DNA of 64,000 nucleotides from a virus (Duplodnaviria > Heunggongvirae > Uroviricota > Caudoviricetes), in IMG/VR virus record IMGVR_UViG_3300022562_001204, positions 78,551 to 142,550 of that record, one strand, 5' to 3'. This document shows, piece by piece, positions 27,087 through 36,254 of this stretch. How positions within the stretch are numbered: position 1 is the stretch's first letter; every line of letters begins with the position of its first letter. A program made the translations under genes and the position numbers. The notes under the pieces are model-generated. The model ran no database searches. It had not been told where the DNA came from and saw only the letters and a program-made list of their open reading frames with translations.

Positions 27087-27959
27087 TTACATCGGGCGAA
27101 CGTAGTGAAATGGCAAGACGTCGCCGGATTCAGTGAATTGGACGCCATTGGCATTGTGTTGCCCTGGCACGTGTGCGGAACACAAGGCAGACAATCTGCC
27201 TGTCTGGCTGTCTCCAGGGATGACCAGGCTACAGACCCCGTAGGTGTCGTTCATGGTCAGCGAGAACAGTCGGTTAAGGGGCCGTCCGTCCGATGGGGTG
27301 ATGAACGACTTGCTAACGGAATCCCAGTACTTCTTTTCAATCATGCCCTTGGAGTACTGACCTTTCGGGGCGATTTCATAGATGTCCTTGATGCCGTATC
27401 GAGAGATTGCCTTTGAGGGTTTCTCGATGTACTCGATGCAGACCCGCCGCAACATGACACTTCCGTGTGCCAGCACAGACCAGCCTGTGGCATTTCGGAT
27501 CAGGAGGGTCTTGCCTGCCCCGGCCCCGAGGATAGTTTCCCGGGCTTCCTCCAGGGTTTCGTTCGAAAACGTGTCGACGTAGTACCCCTGATCGGGTTCT
27601 CCCAGGGGGTAGCTGGCGCGCATCCGTGGGTGCGGCTTCTTTTCAGAGAGTTTGATGTTGTATACCAGGTCCTGCTCGGACACTGGGAGAAAGCAGAAGA
27701 ATGACTTCTTGAGCTCCTCCGACTGGTGCCGAACCAGTATTTTGGCCATCGCCTCAGAAGAGGTCGGCATGCGTTTCAGCTGCCAATAACCCGAGAGGTC
27801 CTGATACCAGCCAACGTCTGAGACCGTGGGGAGGGTCTCGATCGGGATCGCCGTGCCTTCATCATCGAAGACCCCGGCCTGGACTCTGACGACGCCGGTA
27901 TCCTCCATGATACTGATCCGGGTGTTGTAAAGCCCGGCCTTGATCGTGATGGTATTCAT
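27087..27959 (-). CDS. hypothetical protein (290 aa)
   Basis: ATG overlaps the upstream stop (ATGA). TAA stop. Confidence 0.5.
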   Translation of the reverse strand: MNTITIKAGLYNTRISIMEDTGVVRVQAGVFDDEGTAIPIETLPTVSDVGWYQDLSGYWQLKRMPTSSEAMAKILVRHQSEELKKSFFCFLPVSEQDLVYNIKLSEKKPHPRMRASYPLGEPDQGYYVDTFSNETLEEARETILGAGAGKTLLIRNATGWSVLAHGSVMLRRVCIEYIEKPSKAISRYGIKDIYEIAPKGQYSKGMIEKKYWDSVSKSFITPSDGRPLNRLFSLTMNDTYGVCSLVIPGDSQTGRLSALCSAHVPGQHNANGVQFTESGDVLPFHYVRPM

Positions 27960-28480
27960 TCTGACGCTGGCCCCGTGGACTGCCGCAGGTTGTCGATCCA
28001 GCAGATCTCACGTCCTTCCTGCTTCTCTTTATCGATGAAAAACTGGCCGTCCGCCGTGCCGCTGGCGATGATCGCCTGGATACCTTCATTGTTGGTTGGT
28101 ACGAAGTAGTGCGCGACTCGCAGCTGCGTCTTGTCAACGACCTTCACCACCAGCCCGTTGTTGAGCACCGCCACCGCTCGCGTACGTGTCTTCGATACCG
28201 GGTCTCCGTAGGTCACTCCTGGTTGCAGAGAGACCGACTGGGGTGTGGTCGATTGGGATGCAGGTAGATGCTCCGTTCCGAGCACAGCGGCTTTCGTCTT
28301 GTACTCCGATGGAGTCTTGAAGACGAGCGCACAGCCGGGCAACCGAAGAACCCCACTGTAAAGGAACGGGCCGGTGGCGATGACCAAGTGCCACATCGGG
28401 CTCAGAGGAAACATCAGGTAACCAAACGGGTCGTTTCCGATATGCAGGGACGGGATATCTGGGTAGTTTTCAGTATTCAT
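27956..28480 (-). CDS. family-B paralog (C-terminal FVPTNNEG...DGQFFIDK motif)
   Basis: 174 aa. ATG at 28480 after CTATATAAAAGGAATGTGTC. TGA stop. Confidence 0.5.
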   Translation of the reverse strand: MNTENYPDIPSLHIGNDPFGYLMFPLSPMWHLVIATGPFLYSGVLRLPGCALVFKTPSEYKTKAAVLGTEHLPASQSTTPQSVSLQPGVTYGDPVSKTRTRAVAVLNNGLVVKVVDKTQLRVAHYFVPTNNEGIQAIIASGTADGQFFIDKEKQEGREICWIDNLRQSTGPASE

Positions 28481-28486
28481 GACACA

Positions 28487-28500
28487 TTCCTTTTATATAG
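28487..28500 (-). promoter_or_regulatory. CTATATAAAAGGAA gene-start motif before 27956..28480
   Basis: Plus strand reads ttccttttatatag, 3' of the hairpin at 28514..28546. Confidence 0.35.
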
Positions 28501-28513
28501 ACGGTAAGACAAC

Positions 28514-28546
28514 ATAGACGCCATGGGACTACCCCATGGCGTCTAT
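28514..28546. terminator. stem-loop atagacgccatggg-actacc-ccatggcgtctat
   Basis: 14-bp perfect stem. Confidence 0.4.
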
Positions 28547-28550
28547 GGAC

Positions 28551-28943
28551 TCATTTATTCAGGTACACGGGCTCAGCCAGGTAGAACGGACCGTCGTCAC
28601 GCTCCCAGACCTTGACATTCATGTTCAAAGGTTCGCCAACGACGGGCTCATAGTCGACTCGATGGCGGTAGCGCCCGCCACGGACGTGCTTGAAGGTCCC
28701 AGATTCCAGGACCAGCTTGGGTTCTTCCTTGGTGACCATGCCCAGATAGGTCATGTCCATGTCCATGAGGGACTTCGCATTCGACCGCTTCTTCCTGAAG
28801 ACGGTCATGTCGGTTTCCTCTTCGTGAGGTCCCCGGTACTCGTAGGTGGTGTCACCACCCGCTGGCCCTGTGTGCGCGTAGATCGCTTTCTTCTGTGCGG
28901 AATAGAAGAAGTGAACCGCCCCATGCGTATATTCTTCTGTCAT
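28551..28943 (-). CDS. hypothetical protein (130 aa)
   Basis: ATGA overlap with the upstream gene. TGA stop. Confidence 0.5.
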   Translation of the reverse strand: MTEEYTHGAVHFFYSAQKKAIYAHTGPAGGDTTYEYRGPHEEETDMTVFRKKRSNAKSLMDMDMTYLGMVTKEEPKLVLESGTFKHVRGGRYRHRVDYEPVVGEPLNMNVKVWERDDGPFYLAEPVYLNK

Positions 28944-29317
28944 CCGTCCTGCTCCGTCTTGATCAAGAGATCGAGACAGTCACCCGTGATACTGGGGTCC
29001 AAGACTTCCGTTGTCATAATGCAGGTGTCCTTCCTGCCGAGTACCCCCCGGATCGCGTCTTTGACCGTCCCAGCTGAGGGTTTCCTCAGAAGATACCGGA
29101 GAATCAGACGACGGCCCCGGGTCTCCCGACGAATCGTCAGGAGTTCGCGGATCATGCTGGGTGAGATCAACTCCATTGGGATGCCATACAGGTTATGAAT
29201 CGCCAACTTCACCAGAAACACGGTGTGGCGCGTCAGCATCTTGGTCGACTTGATCACTATAAACCCTTTCATTATAACGAAGGTGGGGATACCTCCAAGT
29301 AGAGTATACCTAATCAA
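28940..29317 (-). CDS. hypothetical protein (125 aa; start uncertain, TTG 29317 or ATG 29272)
   Basis: Minus-strand ORF with a TGA stop. A stem-loop lies just upstream at 29326..29345. Confidence 0.4.
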   Translation of the reverse strand: MIRYTLLGGIPTFVIMKGFIVIKSTKMLTRHTVFLVKLAIHNLYGIPMELISPSMIRELLTIRRETRGRRLILRYLLRKPSAGTVKDAIRGVLGRKDTCIMTTEVLDPSITGDCLDLLIKTEQDG

Positions 29318-29353
29318 AAAAAGAAAGGAGGGGATAACCCCTCCTCTATTCAG

Positions 29354-29680
29354 TTAGAAGTGACGACGTCTGACGATTTTGGTCATATCCTCGTTATATT
29401 CCAGGACGATGACGTGGGATATCGGCAGCTCCATACTGTTCTTCGGCGTATATACGAACCTGAGGGTCTTTTGCCGGGGCTTGGATTCAATCAGCGTGAT
29501 GGAACTGGCCGCCTCTAATGGACCCTTAGGGTCCTCCTTCAGGAGTCGGAGCCAGTTCTCTACCATTGCTTTGAAGAACTTCCAGTCGCCTTGCAGAGCT
29601 TCGAAGGTTTCTGCGTCAGCTTCCTTCTCAAGAATCCGGAAAATGTCTTGGTATCGAGTCGTCAGGGGTCGGTTCATCAC
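29354..29680 (-). CDS. hypothetical protein (108 aa)
   Basis: TAA stop. Confidence 0.45.
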   Translation of the reverse strand: MMNRPLTTRYQDIFRILEKEADAETFEALQGDWKFFKAMVENWLRLLKEDPKGPLEAASSITLIESKPRQKTLRFVYTPKNSMELPISHVIVLEYNEDMTKIVRRRHF

Positions 29681-30161
29681 TTGGTTCCTTGTGAGGGATT
29701 ACCACTGGTACTTCCTTCTTATCCCAGGGTCGAACTTCGATCAGCTGATCAGCACGGCTACCATGATTCGGGGGAATGCTTGGGATAAAGTAAATCGGGA
29801 ATGCCCAGAATAAGAGGATGAAGGTAAACAACACCAGGGTCTGTAGGTTGGCCCTGCCTCGTCTGATCGTGATCCCGCTGTTCAGGATGTACAGAATAAG
29901 GGGTGGGTATACCGTGAAGACCAGCCCCGAGATCGTCAGACCCGCCACGATCAGGGTACTGCCAAAGGTACCGAGGCTCCAGAGGAAAGGGAAGTATATG
30001 AGCAGGATCCCCCCAAGCCCTGTCCCTATCAATACAACTACTGGGTTCCTTAGTCTTGAGGGTTTCCATACACCGAAGTACAGCCAGTACATGGAGTAAA
30101 GCACCACGACCGTAGTGAGGGTCGTGGTGAACTCCACCAAGGTTGCGTTACTGACAGCCAT
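29628..30161 (-). CDS. polytopic membrane protein (177 aa)
   Basis: Several hydrophobic helices (VVVLYSMYWLYFGV, VVVLIGTGLGGILLIYFPFLW, LIVAGLTISGLVF, LVLFTFILLFWAFPIYFI). GGATATAAGGAAACCAC before the ATG. TGA stop. Confidence 0.5.
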   Translation of the reverse strand: MAVSNATLVEFTTTLTTVVVLYSMYWLYFGVWKPSRLRNPVVVLIGTGLGGILLIYFPFLWSLGTFGSTLIVAGLTISGLVFTVYPPLILYILNSGITIRRGRANLQTLVLFTFILLFWAFPIYFIPSIPPNHGSRADQLIEVRPWDKKEVPVVIPHKEPSDEPTPDDSIPRHFPDS

Positions 30162-30177
30162 GTGGTTTCCTTATATC

Positions 30178-30729
30178 CTAATGCAGTCTCCCCTTAGAAC
30201 GCAACTGAACTACCGTGGACGGGTTAGGCATGTACACGGGTCGTTCGTTCATGAATGCGTACGTCGGATGAGGCGTGCGGGAGTTGATGTGGACCCTGGT
30301 GAACAGAGTGCGATCTGGAGAGACCTCCAGGACCAGGGAGTACACCAGAGTGGCGTGCTCAGTTTCGTCAGAGGGCTGATAATAGAAGTTCAAACCCATG
30401 CCTGGGGTAGCCGGATCGTGGGTCGTTCGAGGTCCCGGAGGGACGTAGTACCTTGGTCTCTCCAGGAGGATCGTCAGATTAACCAGCCTGCGCGTAGCTT
30501 CTGGGGTCAGCTTTCCTCTTGAGATCTCCCCTCGGTTCGGGAGATCATTCAATATGAACGCGATCACCTCAGCACAGCGGTCGCTTATTTCTTTTCGAAT
30601 GGGTGGGGGTGAGTGATCCATAACGTAAACCAGGGCGGCGTTGCCTTTCAGGCAGACGCGGTCTTCCAGGTTGAGGTCGTGTACCACAGGGTCGGCGTCA
30701 ATGCCGTACTTCACAATCATGTCGTCCAT
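30178..30729 (-). CDS. hypothetical protein (183 aa), TAG stop
   Basis: ORF ending in TAG at 30178..30180. The next in-frame stop (TAA) lies 9 codons further on. Confidence 0.5.
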   Translation of the reverse strand: MDDMIVKYGIDADPVVHDLNLEDRVCLKGNAALVYVMDHSPPPIRKEISDRCAEVIAFILNDLPNRGEISRGKLTPEATRRLVNLTILLERPRYYVPPGPRTTHDPATPGMGLNFYYQPSDETEHATLVYSLVLEVSPDRTLFTRVHINSRTPHPTYAFMNERPVYMPNPSTVVQLRSKGRLH

Positions 30730-30790
30730 GGGGTTGCTCCAATTACAAGTGTAGGTGGTCCGTCTTCCATAACGGCAAACATCAAAAAAA

Positions 30791-30822
30791 GAGTCCCTGC
30801 TCCCAATAGGGGCAGGGACTCC
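30791..30822. terminator. stem-loop gagtccctgc...gcagggactc
   Basis: 10-bp stem with a 12-nt loop. Confidence 0.35.
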
Positions 30823-30841
30823 TCTTTGTCACGCAGAGGTA

Positions 30842-31504
30842 TTATTCCTCAGGTCCGATGAACTGGACCTTGGTTCGGTACTTCGGGTAGATTCGGAGGA
30901 AGTCCTCCAAGTACAGAGAGATCTCTCTCCTGAGCTCGAAGCTCTCTACCCGAATCATGATCTGGCTGGGCATCTTGGCGTGTCCGATCATGACTTTGTC
31001 CAGAATCCACTTCAGAGCGTCGAAGGCATCGTCCTGTAGGGACATCCCGAATTTCCTGAGAGAGGGGGAGTCTGGCGTACTGCTGTCCAGGTACACGATC
31101 TCGAACACGTCGTTCAGATAGAGTCGAGTCATGTGCCGGTAGGACCGAAAAATGGTCCACTCACTGGGTGCAGATAGTACCCGAAAGAGACTCTCCTTGT
31201 CTCTCTGGGTGCCGAAGTACATCGCCTTAATGGCAGTCTCCTTGACCGGTTTGATGAAGGGGGTGAGATCGGAGCGACGGAAGCTGTCCTTGTGTTCCAG
31301 GGACCCGGCTACGACTTTTGCGTAAACCTCTTCCGTCTCAGAGTGGATGATGTACACGCTGGAGAGCGCATGATGCGGATCAGCCGCGGTGAGGAACCGA
31401 CGGACTTCGCAGTCCGTGCCGTACCCCAGAATGTTTAACAGTTTCTCATCATCTAACAGGATCTCCTGAGGGATCTTGCTGGATGCAGTCGCGACATCGT
31501 CCAT
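30842..31504 (-). CDS. hypothetical protein (220 aa)
   Basis: TAA stop. Confidence 0.5.
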   Translation of the reverse strand: MDDVATASSKIPQEILLDDEKLLNILGYGTDCEVRRFLTAADPHHALSSVYIIHSETEEVYAKVVAGSLEHKDSFRRSDLTPFIKPVKETAIKAMYFGTQRDKESLFRVLSAPSEWTIFRSYRHMTRLYLNDVFEIVYLDSSTPDSPSLRKFGMSLQDDAFDALKWILDKVMIGHAKMPSQIMIRVESFELRREISLYLEDFLRIYPKYRTKVQFIGPEE

Positions 31505-31546
31505 ATGATCCTCCTAGATCTCTACCCCATTACGAGACTTCCCCGG

Positions 31547-32407
31547 TCAGTTGACCGATTTGACCGGTGTGACACCAGGTTGGCCGATGAAGAACGTGCA
31601 GTTTGACTTGCCATCGCCGCAGATGGTGTTCATCATCTTGATGCGTTCCAGCTCAATGAACTGCTCGGTCGACATGTTCATGGCTTCACGATAGGCATTG
31701 TCCGCCGCAGCACGGCTTTCTTCGGCATCCCGTCGCCCGTCTTCCGCCAGCTTGCGCTGCTTTTCCGTCATGATGCGTTGCTGTTCCTGGGCCGTCTGGA
31801 CACGCTGCGTCAGAATGGCATCCGGGGGATTGGCTTTGCCGACGGTCACGTTCAGGAGTTTCACCGGGATCTTGGTCTCTGCCAGATAGCTAGAGAGGGA
31901 TTCGGTGATCTCGTTGTCGATGGCCTCCACGGCGGTGGTGTCGATGGCCGTCTCGTTCATGCCGTGTTTCTTGACCGCGTCACGGACACGATTGGCGAAG
32001 GCCTGTTCGACGTTCTGCTTGTACCAGTCCGGACCAAAGTCCCGGATCAGCCCGACAGAGTCAGTCACCTGCAAGCGGATGGCCGTATGGAAGTCCAGCG
32101 GCACACCGTCCGAGGTCATGATGTCCTTGAACTCGGCGTCCATCTGCTGCGGGTAGATCGTCACATACACCGATTTGGTCGAAGCCCAAGTGAAGGAACG
32201 ACCCGTTTCCACCGGGAACTTCTGGATACCGCCATGTCCAAAGAAGTACGGCTTGTCGATCAGCACCGCTTCCTGGCCCTGGTCTGGCGCCACGACCTTG
32301 AAGGAGCACAGGAGAACGATGAAGCCAATCACTGCGAGAATGGCGATACTGATATTCCGCATCGTGCAGTACTTGTCGAAGAACGACGGTTCATCATAAC
32401 GAGACAT
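31547..32407 (-). CDS. SPFH / band-7 (HflK/C-stomatin-prohibitin-like) membrane-anchored protein
   Basis: One N-terminal TM helix (ISIAILAVIGFIVLLCSF) is followed by AVLIDKPYFFG... and a C-terminal AE-rich coiled segment (QRVQTAQEQQRIMTEKQRKLAEDGRRDAEESRAAADNAYREA), typical of SPFH domains. TTCTATAAAAGGAAAGAACCAGATGTCT before the ATG. TGA stop. Confidence 0.55.
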   Translation of the reverse strand: MSRYDEPSFFDKYCTMRNISIAILAVIGFIVLLCSFKVVAPDQGQEAVLIDKPYFFGHGGIQKFPVETGRSFTWASTKSVYVTIYPQQMDAEFKDIMTSDGVPLDFHTAIRLQVTDSVGLIRDFGPDWYKQNVEQAFANRVRDAVKKHGMNETAIDTTAVEAIDNEITESLSSYLAETKIPVKLLNVTVGKANPPDAILTQRVQTAQEQQRIMTEKQRKLAEDGRRDAEESRAAADNAYREAMNMSTEQFIELERIKMMNTICGDGKSNCTFFIGQPGVTPVKSVN

Positions 32408-32414
32408 CTGGTTC

Positions 32415-32428
32415 TTTCCTTTTATAGA
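32415..32428 (-). promoter_or_regulatory. CTCTATAAAAGGAA gene-start motif before 31547..32407
   Basis: Plus strand reads ttccttttatagag. Confidence 0.3.
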
Positions 32429-32492
32429 GTCGTGAATGAAACCGGGCTGGCTTCATGTAGAGTGTATCTGACTCAGTTTTTATTAGAACGGT

Positions 32493-32906
32493 TTAGGCAG
32501 CTTTGGCAGGGTCTAGCGGTACGACCACCCAGGTATACGCCACCTCGGAGATCCCCTCCTTCGAGGGATGGGGATCCCAGACCAGGCTACCTGCCCTGTA
32601 GACGACCATGTGGTAATGTCCCCTCGAGGTAGGACCCGACGCCAGGTACAGCCCGTCGTAGACCCGATCCCCATGTTGCATGACCGCCTGATAGCCCTTG
32701 GAGAGGAACCATGTCTCGAACATCTCCCAGAACACCCCGGCATCCTTCGTGAGGTTGGCAAAGTCAGGAACCTCTGAGAGTGGAATACCCATGATGGTCG
32801 CCACAGAGGCCTGTGTACAGTTACCATCCAGCCCTTCACTGCCATGGAGAATGGTCTGGGGCTGGCAACGGTCCTGAGGAAGCAAGTAAGAAGGAGTCTC
32901 GTTCAT
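32493..32906 (-). CDS. putative papain-like (Cys/His) peptidase-fold protein
   Basis: 137 aa. GNCTQASVATIMG carries the candidate nucleophile Cys, and GHYHMVVY supplies a downstream His. Low confidence. ATGA overlap with the vWA gene. Confidence 0.35.
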   Translation of the reverse strand: MNETPSYLLPQDRCQPQTILHGSEGLDGNCTQASVATIMGIPLSEVPDFANLTKDAGVFWEMFETWFLSKGYQAVMQHGDRVYDGLYLASGPTSRGHYHMVVYRAGSLVWDPHPSKEGISEVAYTWVVVPLDPAKAA

Positions 32907-34126
32907 GTGATCGCATCCATGAGTTCGCCGATAAAGGTGGTCAGCTCAGCCGCGGTCGGGGAAGCAATGAAGATACCGTCGGTCTGTGTCGCCAGTGCGC
33001 TAAGGGACGTGGTATTGATACCATCACTGAATCCCAGGGCGTAGATGGAAATATCATTAGCCTGGCAATAGGCGATGACCTCCGCCTGGGTGTGAGTACC
33101 ATCACCTTGACCGTCCGTCATGATCAGGATCGCCCTACGGTTACCACGACCTGTCAGGTCAGTCGCTGCCTGATAGAGTGCGTCCATCACAACCGTTCCG
33201 TAGATCAGACTGGTGACCGTGGCGAGACTGGTGAGGGCGGTGGTCTTGTCATCCGTAAAGTCTTGGATCTGCGTGACGCTGCCATTCAGGGTATACAGAG
33301 CGACCTCGTCGTCATAATCCAGAGCATTGATTGCCGAGGAGGCGGCACTGCGCTCACTGGTCAATTCTGAAGAGGTCAGAGACTGACTGTTGTCAATAAT
33401 GATCGCTAGGGATGCTGGTCCGATGGGCTGGCTGCTGACGATGGTGATGTCCGCGACTGTATCGCCAGCGACACACCCGCCCCAGATCTTCGTGATACTG
33501 AGGGTAAAGTCCTCATCGACCTCCCCTGTGTTGGTATCGGCGATGATGTTGATGGGGACCAGCTTATCGCCTTCTTCCCCATCTGCCCAGACAATGGTCT
33601 GGGTCGTGGAGACGTAGTCCTCACCCTGGATGGCCGTCCCATCTGCGGTGACCACCATGGCTTTCGCTTCCCCATTGCTACCGCCAGAGCGGCGAATGGT
33701 GACATTCATGGTGCCGACATCATCAGAGGTGCTGTAAGAAGTCTCGGGAAACCCGAGCATACCCTGGTAGCTGAACTTGTTCAGTAGGGGGAAGGTGACA
33801 TTGGACAGTACTGAGATACTGACCCAGACGTTCCCCTCGGTTCCTGAGAGTCCCTGCTTGTTCTCGAGCCGGTAGGGGTGGATGTCCCCGACTTCTGAGA
33901 ACTCCGTCACGTACATCCTTAACCTTAGATACCGGCCTTCGCTGGTGTCCGTGATCTCAAACCCGTACCGCATCCCCGTACGCGGGGTAATGAATCGATA
34001 GGTGATGCTGCTGGTGTCCAGCCGAATCCTTTCGTAGAGGTAGAAATACTCGATCATGAGATCCACCAGGTACTGGGTCTCATTTTGGTCTGGGTAAAAC
34101 TTGTTAAACCCGGTCAGTGAGTACAT
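32903..34126 (-). CDS. von Willebrand factor A (MIDAS) domain protein with Calx-beta-like domain
   Basis: 407 aa. A central Calx-beta-like stretch (NVTIRRSGGSNGEAKAMVVTADGTAIQGEDYV...GEVDEDFTLSI) precedes a C-terminal vWA domain with the DxSxS MIDAS motif (LAIIIDNSQSLTSSE) and ILIMTDGQGDG. TGA stop. Confidence 0.6.
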   Translation of the reverse strand: MYSLTGFNKFYPDQNETQYLVDLMIEYFYLYERIRLDTSSITYRFITPRTGMRYGFEITDTSEGRYLRLRMYVTEFSEVGDIHPYRLENKQGLSGTEGNVWVSISVLSNVTFPLLNKFSYQGMLGFPETSYSTSDDVGTMNVTIRRSGGSNGEAKAMVVTADGTAIQGEDYVSTTQTIVWADGEEGDKLVPINIIADTNTGEVDEDFTLSITKIWGGCVAGDTVADITIVSSQPIGPASLAIIIDNSQSLTSSELTSERSAASSAINALDYDDEVALYTLNGSVTQIQDFTDDKTTALTSLATVTSLIYGTVVMDALYQAATDLTGRGNRRAILIMTDGQGDGTHTQAEVIAYCQANDISIYALGFSDGINTTSLSALATQTDGIFIASPTAAELTTFIGELMDAIT

Positions 34127-34232
34127 GGTATTATTAAAGGAGTAGGGTCATACCATCTCCTCCTGGATTCGACGAAAAATATAGCAGTCTGATATACCCT
34201 CCTCTGGCCAGGCCAGAGGAGGGTATATACCG

Positions 34233-34910
34233 TCAGAGCAGCCAGTGCTTCGGGATGTTCCGCAGGTTGGCCTTCTTCTGAACCTCGGGACGCGGGTCCA
34301 GTGCTGCCGAGAGTGCTGCCAGCCCAGGGCGGGCGTCACCAATCAGAGGACCACCGGCATGGAGCTCGGCCCAGACCTCATCCCACTTCAACTTCTGACC
34401 CTTGCCGAAGTCGGAAGCATAGAGCTGAAGCAGCGGAACGCCAATGAGTTCGATCTCTCGCCTCACGAGGTGTGAGAAGTTGCTGTTCCGCATGGCGGCC
34501 AGCAAGGTCGGGAGTTTCTTATTGACCTGCGCCTTCTCGGCAGACTGCTCGGCCAGACGGATATAGAGGCGATCGGCCTCAAGTTCCTCGGCCAGCCGGT
34601 TCTCGGCCTCGATGGCCTGGGCTGTCTTGATCACCTTGTAGTTGACGACGACCATCTTCCTCGCGTGAGGCGGGGCTTTTGGTACGTCGATCACCTTGTA
34701 AAGACTGTCAATCTCGACAATGTCCCCGACGGAGGCGGTATCGCGCGGCAGAAGCGGATACCAGGACGACGACACTTCCTTACCGAACCGAGGATCGACC
34801 TCGATCCGGATCTGAGGGACCTGCAACGCGGCCTCTTTCCAGGCCTCGTGTCCCTCGACGGGATACAGCTCGGGACGACCTTTGTAACCACTGACGATAC
34901 GAAACTGCAT
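34233..34910 (-). CDS. hypothetical protein (225 aa)
   Basis: ATG after the CATATATAAAGGAGTGGC box. TGA stop. Confidence 0.5.
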   Translation of the reverse strand: MQFRIVSGYKGRPELYPVEGHEAWKEAALQVPQIRIEVDPRFGKEVSSSWYPLLPRDTASVGDIVEIDSLYKVIDVPKAPPHARKMVVVNYKVIKTAQAIEAENRLAEELEADRLYIRLAEQSAEKAQVNKKLPTLLAAMRNSNFSHLVRREIELIGVPLLQLYASDFGKGQKLKWDEVWAELHAGGPLIGDARPGLAALSAALDPRPEVQKKANLRNIPKHWLL

Positions 34911-34917
34911 GATGCCA

Positions 34918-34931
34918 CTCCTTTATATATG
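34918..34931 (-). promoter_or_regulatory. CATATATAAAGGAG gene-start motif before 34233..34910
   Basis: Exact ctcctttatatatg. Confidence 0.4.
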
Positions 34932-35010
34932 TCGTTCAAAAAGAGAGCCGGAAATGGAAGTTCTCGTCAGGAATCGAGACCGAACCTCTCTTCGTGTTTC
35001 ACCAACTTCC

Positions 35011-35412
35011 CTAGATCTCATACCCGATGAGGTTGTGGCCGTCATCAAGGAGCTTCGCCAGTTCGATGAGCTCTCGCATGTCGATGGTGAAGTCAAAATC
35101 GATGTGCTTCAACCATTCGTCAATGTTGGCACCGAGGTGCTGCGCAAGGGCCCTGAGCACATCCGCTGGGTCGTTCGTGAAAGCGATCGAGAGGTTGAGG
35201 TACTTCCTGGCTGTTTCAACGAGGGCCTCAGTGTAACTCTCCCAATCGACAGGTGTCTCCTCATCGATGATAGCAAAGTAGTACTCATCGGGGAAGATAG
35301 GCTGCTCCTCTTCAAATGAAAATGGATTGAAGAGGGTCCGGATCATCGGGGTGATGACCGCAGGGGTACCGAAACTCAAGAGGCCTGTGGTGATGTTGGT
35401 GCTATAAGACAC
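35011..35412 (-). CDS. acidic protein, short tandem paralog of 35594..36247 (TAG stop)
   Basis: 133 aa with a GTG start. It is about 60% identical to the N-terminal 130 aa of its neighbour (GTPAVITPMIRTLF, DEYYFAII, DGHNLIGY). The TAG stop falls exactly where the longer paralog continues. Confidence 0.5.
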   Translation of the reverse strand: MSYSTNITTGLLSFGTPAVITPMIRTLFNPFSFEEEQPIFPDEYYFAIIDEETPVDWESYTEALVETARKYLNLSIAFTNDPADVLRALAQHLGANIDEWLKHIDFDFTIDMRELIELAKLLDDGHNLIGYEI

Positions 35413-35593
35413 GGTGTTATTCCTCTGTATAGCGTCAATAAAAATAGAGCCAGCTCCTTGCCGAGCTGGCTCAGTCCACCTACCCAGGATCGGGCGGTGG
35501 TTGCGGAATAAAAAGCGGCGACGGGCTCGGGATTAGAAGCTTCGACGCCGAAGAGCATCCGGTCTCGTGGAGAGTATATCTCGCCGTAGTTCT

Positions 35594-36247
35594 TTAAGAG
35601 CTGAGGTTGAACTTCTTCAGGACCTCCTTACGGATACCCTCATCGAAGATACTGTCGGTGATGGACTTGAAGTGAGCGTCCAGCACCTTCACGACCTCGT
35701 CGAGCCCGGTACCCAGCGCAACGTCGAGGTCTTCGGCGAGCTCCTTCCCGGTGTAAGTTGAGGTTGTTCGCAGAAGGTGTTGGGAGTAGTGCTGACTCCA
35801 ACCCCCGAACCCGAGGTATTCAGGCTGAGAGCTCCACCAGCTTCCCTGAATGCTGTACCCGATGAGGTTGTGGCCGTCGTTGAGGAGCTTCGCCAGGTCA
35901 AGAACCCAGTGCATTTCGATGCTGTAGTCGAAATCGATTTTCTTCAACCATTCGTCGATGTTGACGCCGACGTGCTGCGCAAGGGCCCTGAACACATCTG
36001 CGAAGTCATCCGTGAGGGTGATCGAGAGCTTGAGGTGTTCCTTGGCTGTTTCGACGAGAGCTTCAGCATAGCCCTCCCACTCGACAGGCGTCTCCTCTCC
36101 GATGATGGCGAAATAATATTCGTCTGGGCTGATGGTCTCCCCTTCTTCAAACAAAAACGGTGTGAAGAGAGTTCGGATCATCGGGGTGATGACCGAAGGG
36201 GTGCCAAACTTAAGAGCGCCGGTGGCGGTGTTATAGCTGTCAGACAT
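35594..36247 (-). CDS. acidic protein, long tandem paralog of 35011..35412
   Basis: 217 aa. ATG after CATATATAAAGGAGTAACACC. TAA stop. Confidence 0.5.
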   Translation of the reverse strand: MSDSYNTATGALKFGTPSVITPMIRTLFTPFLFEEGETISPDEYYFAIIGEETPVEWEGYAEALVETAKEHLKLSITLTDDFADVFRALAQHVGVNIDEWLKKIDFDYSIEMHWVLDLAKLLNDGHNLIGYSIQGSWWSSQPEYLGFGGWSQHYSQHLLRTTSTYTGKELAEDLDVALGTGLDEVVKVLDAHFKSITDSIFDEGIRKEVLKKFNLSS

Positions 36248-36254
36248 GGTGTTA

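Noticed and set aside
31778-32632. 284-aa plus-strand ORF across the SPFH gene
   Set aside because: Antisense to two good genes. Arg/His/Gly-rich.
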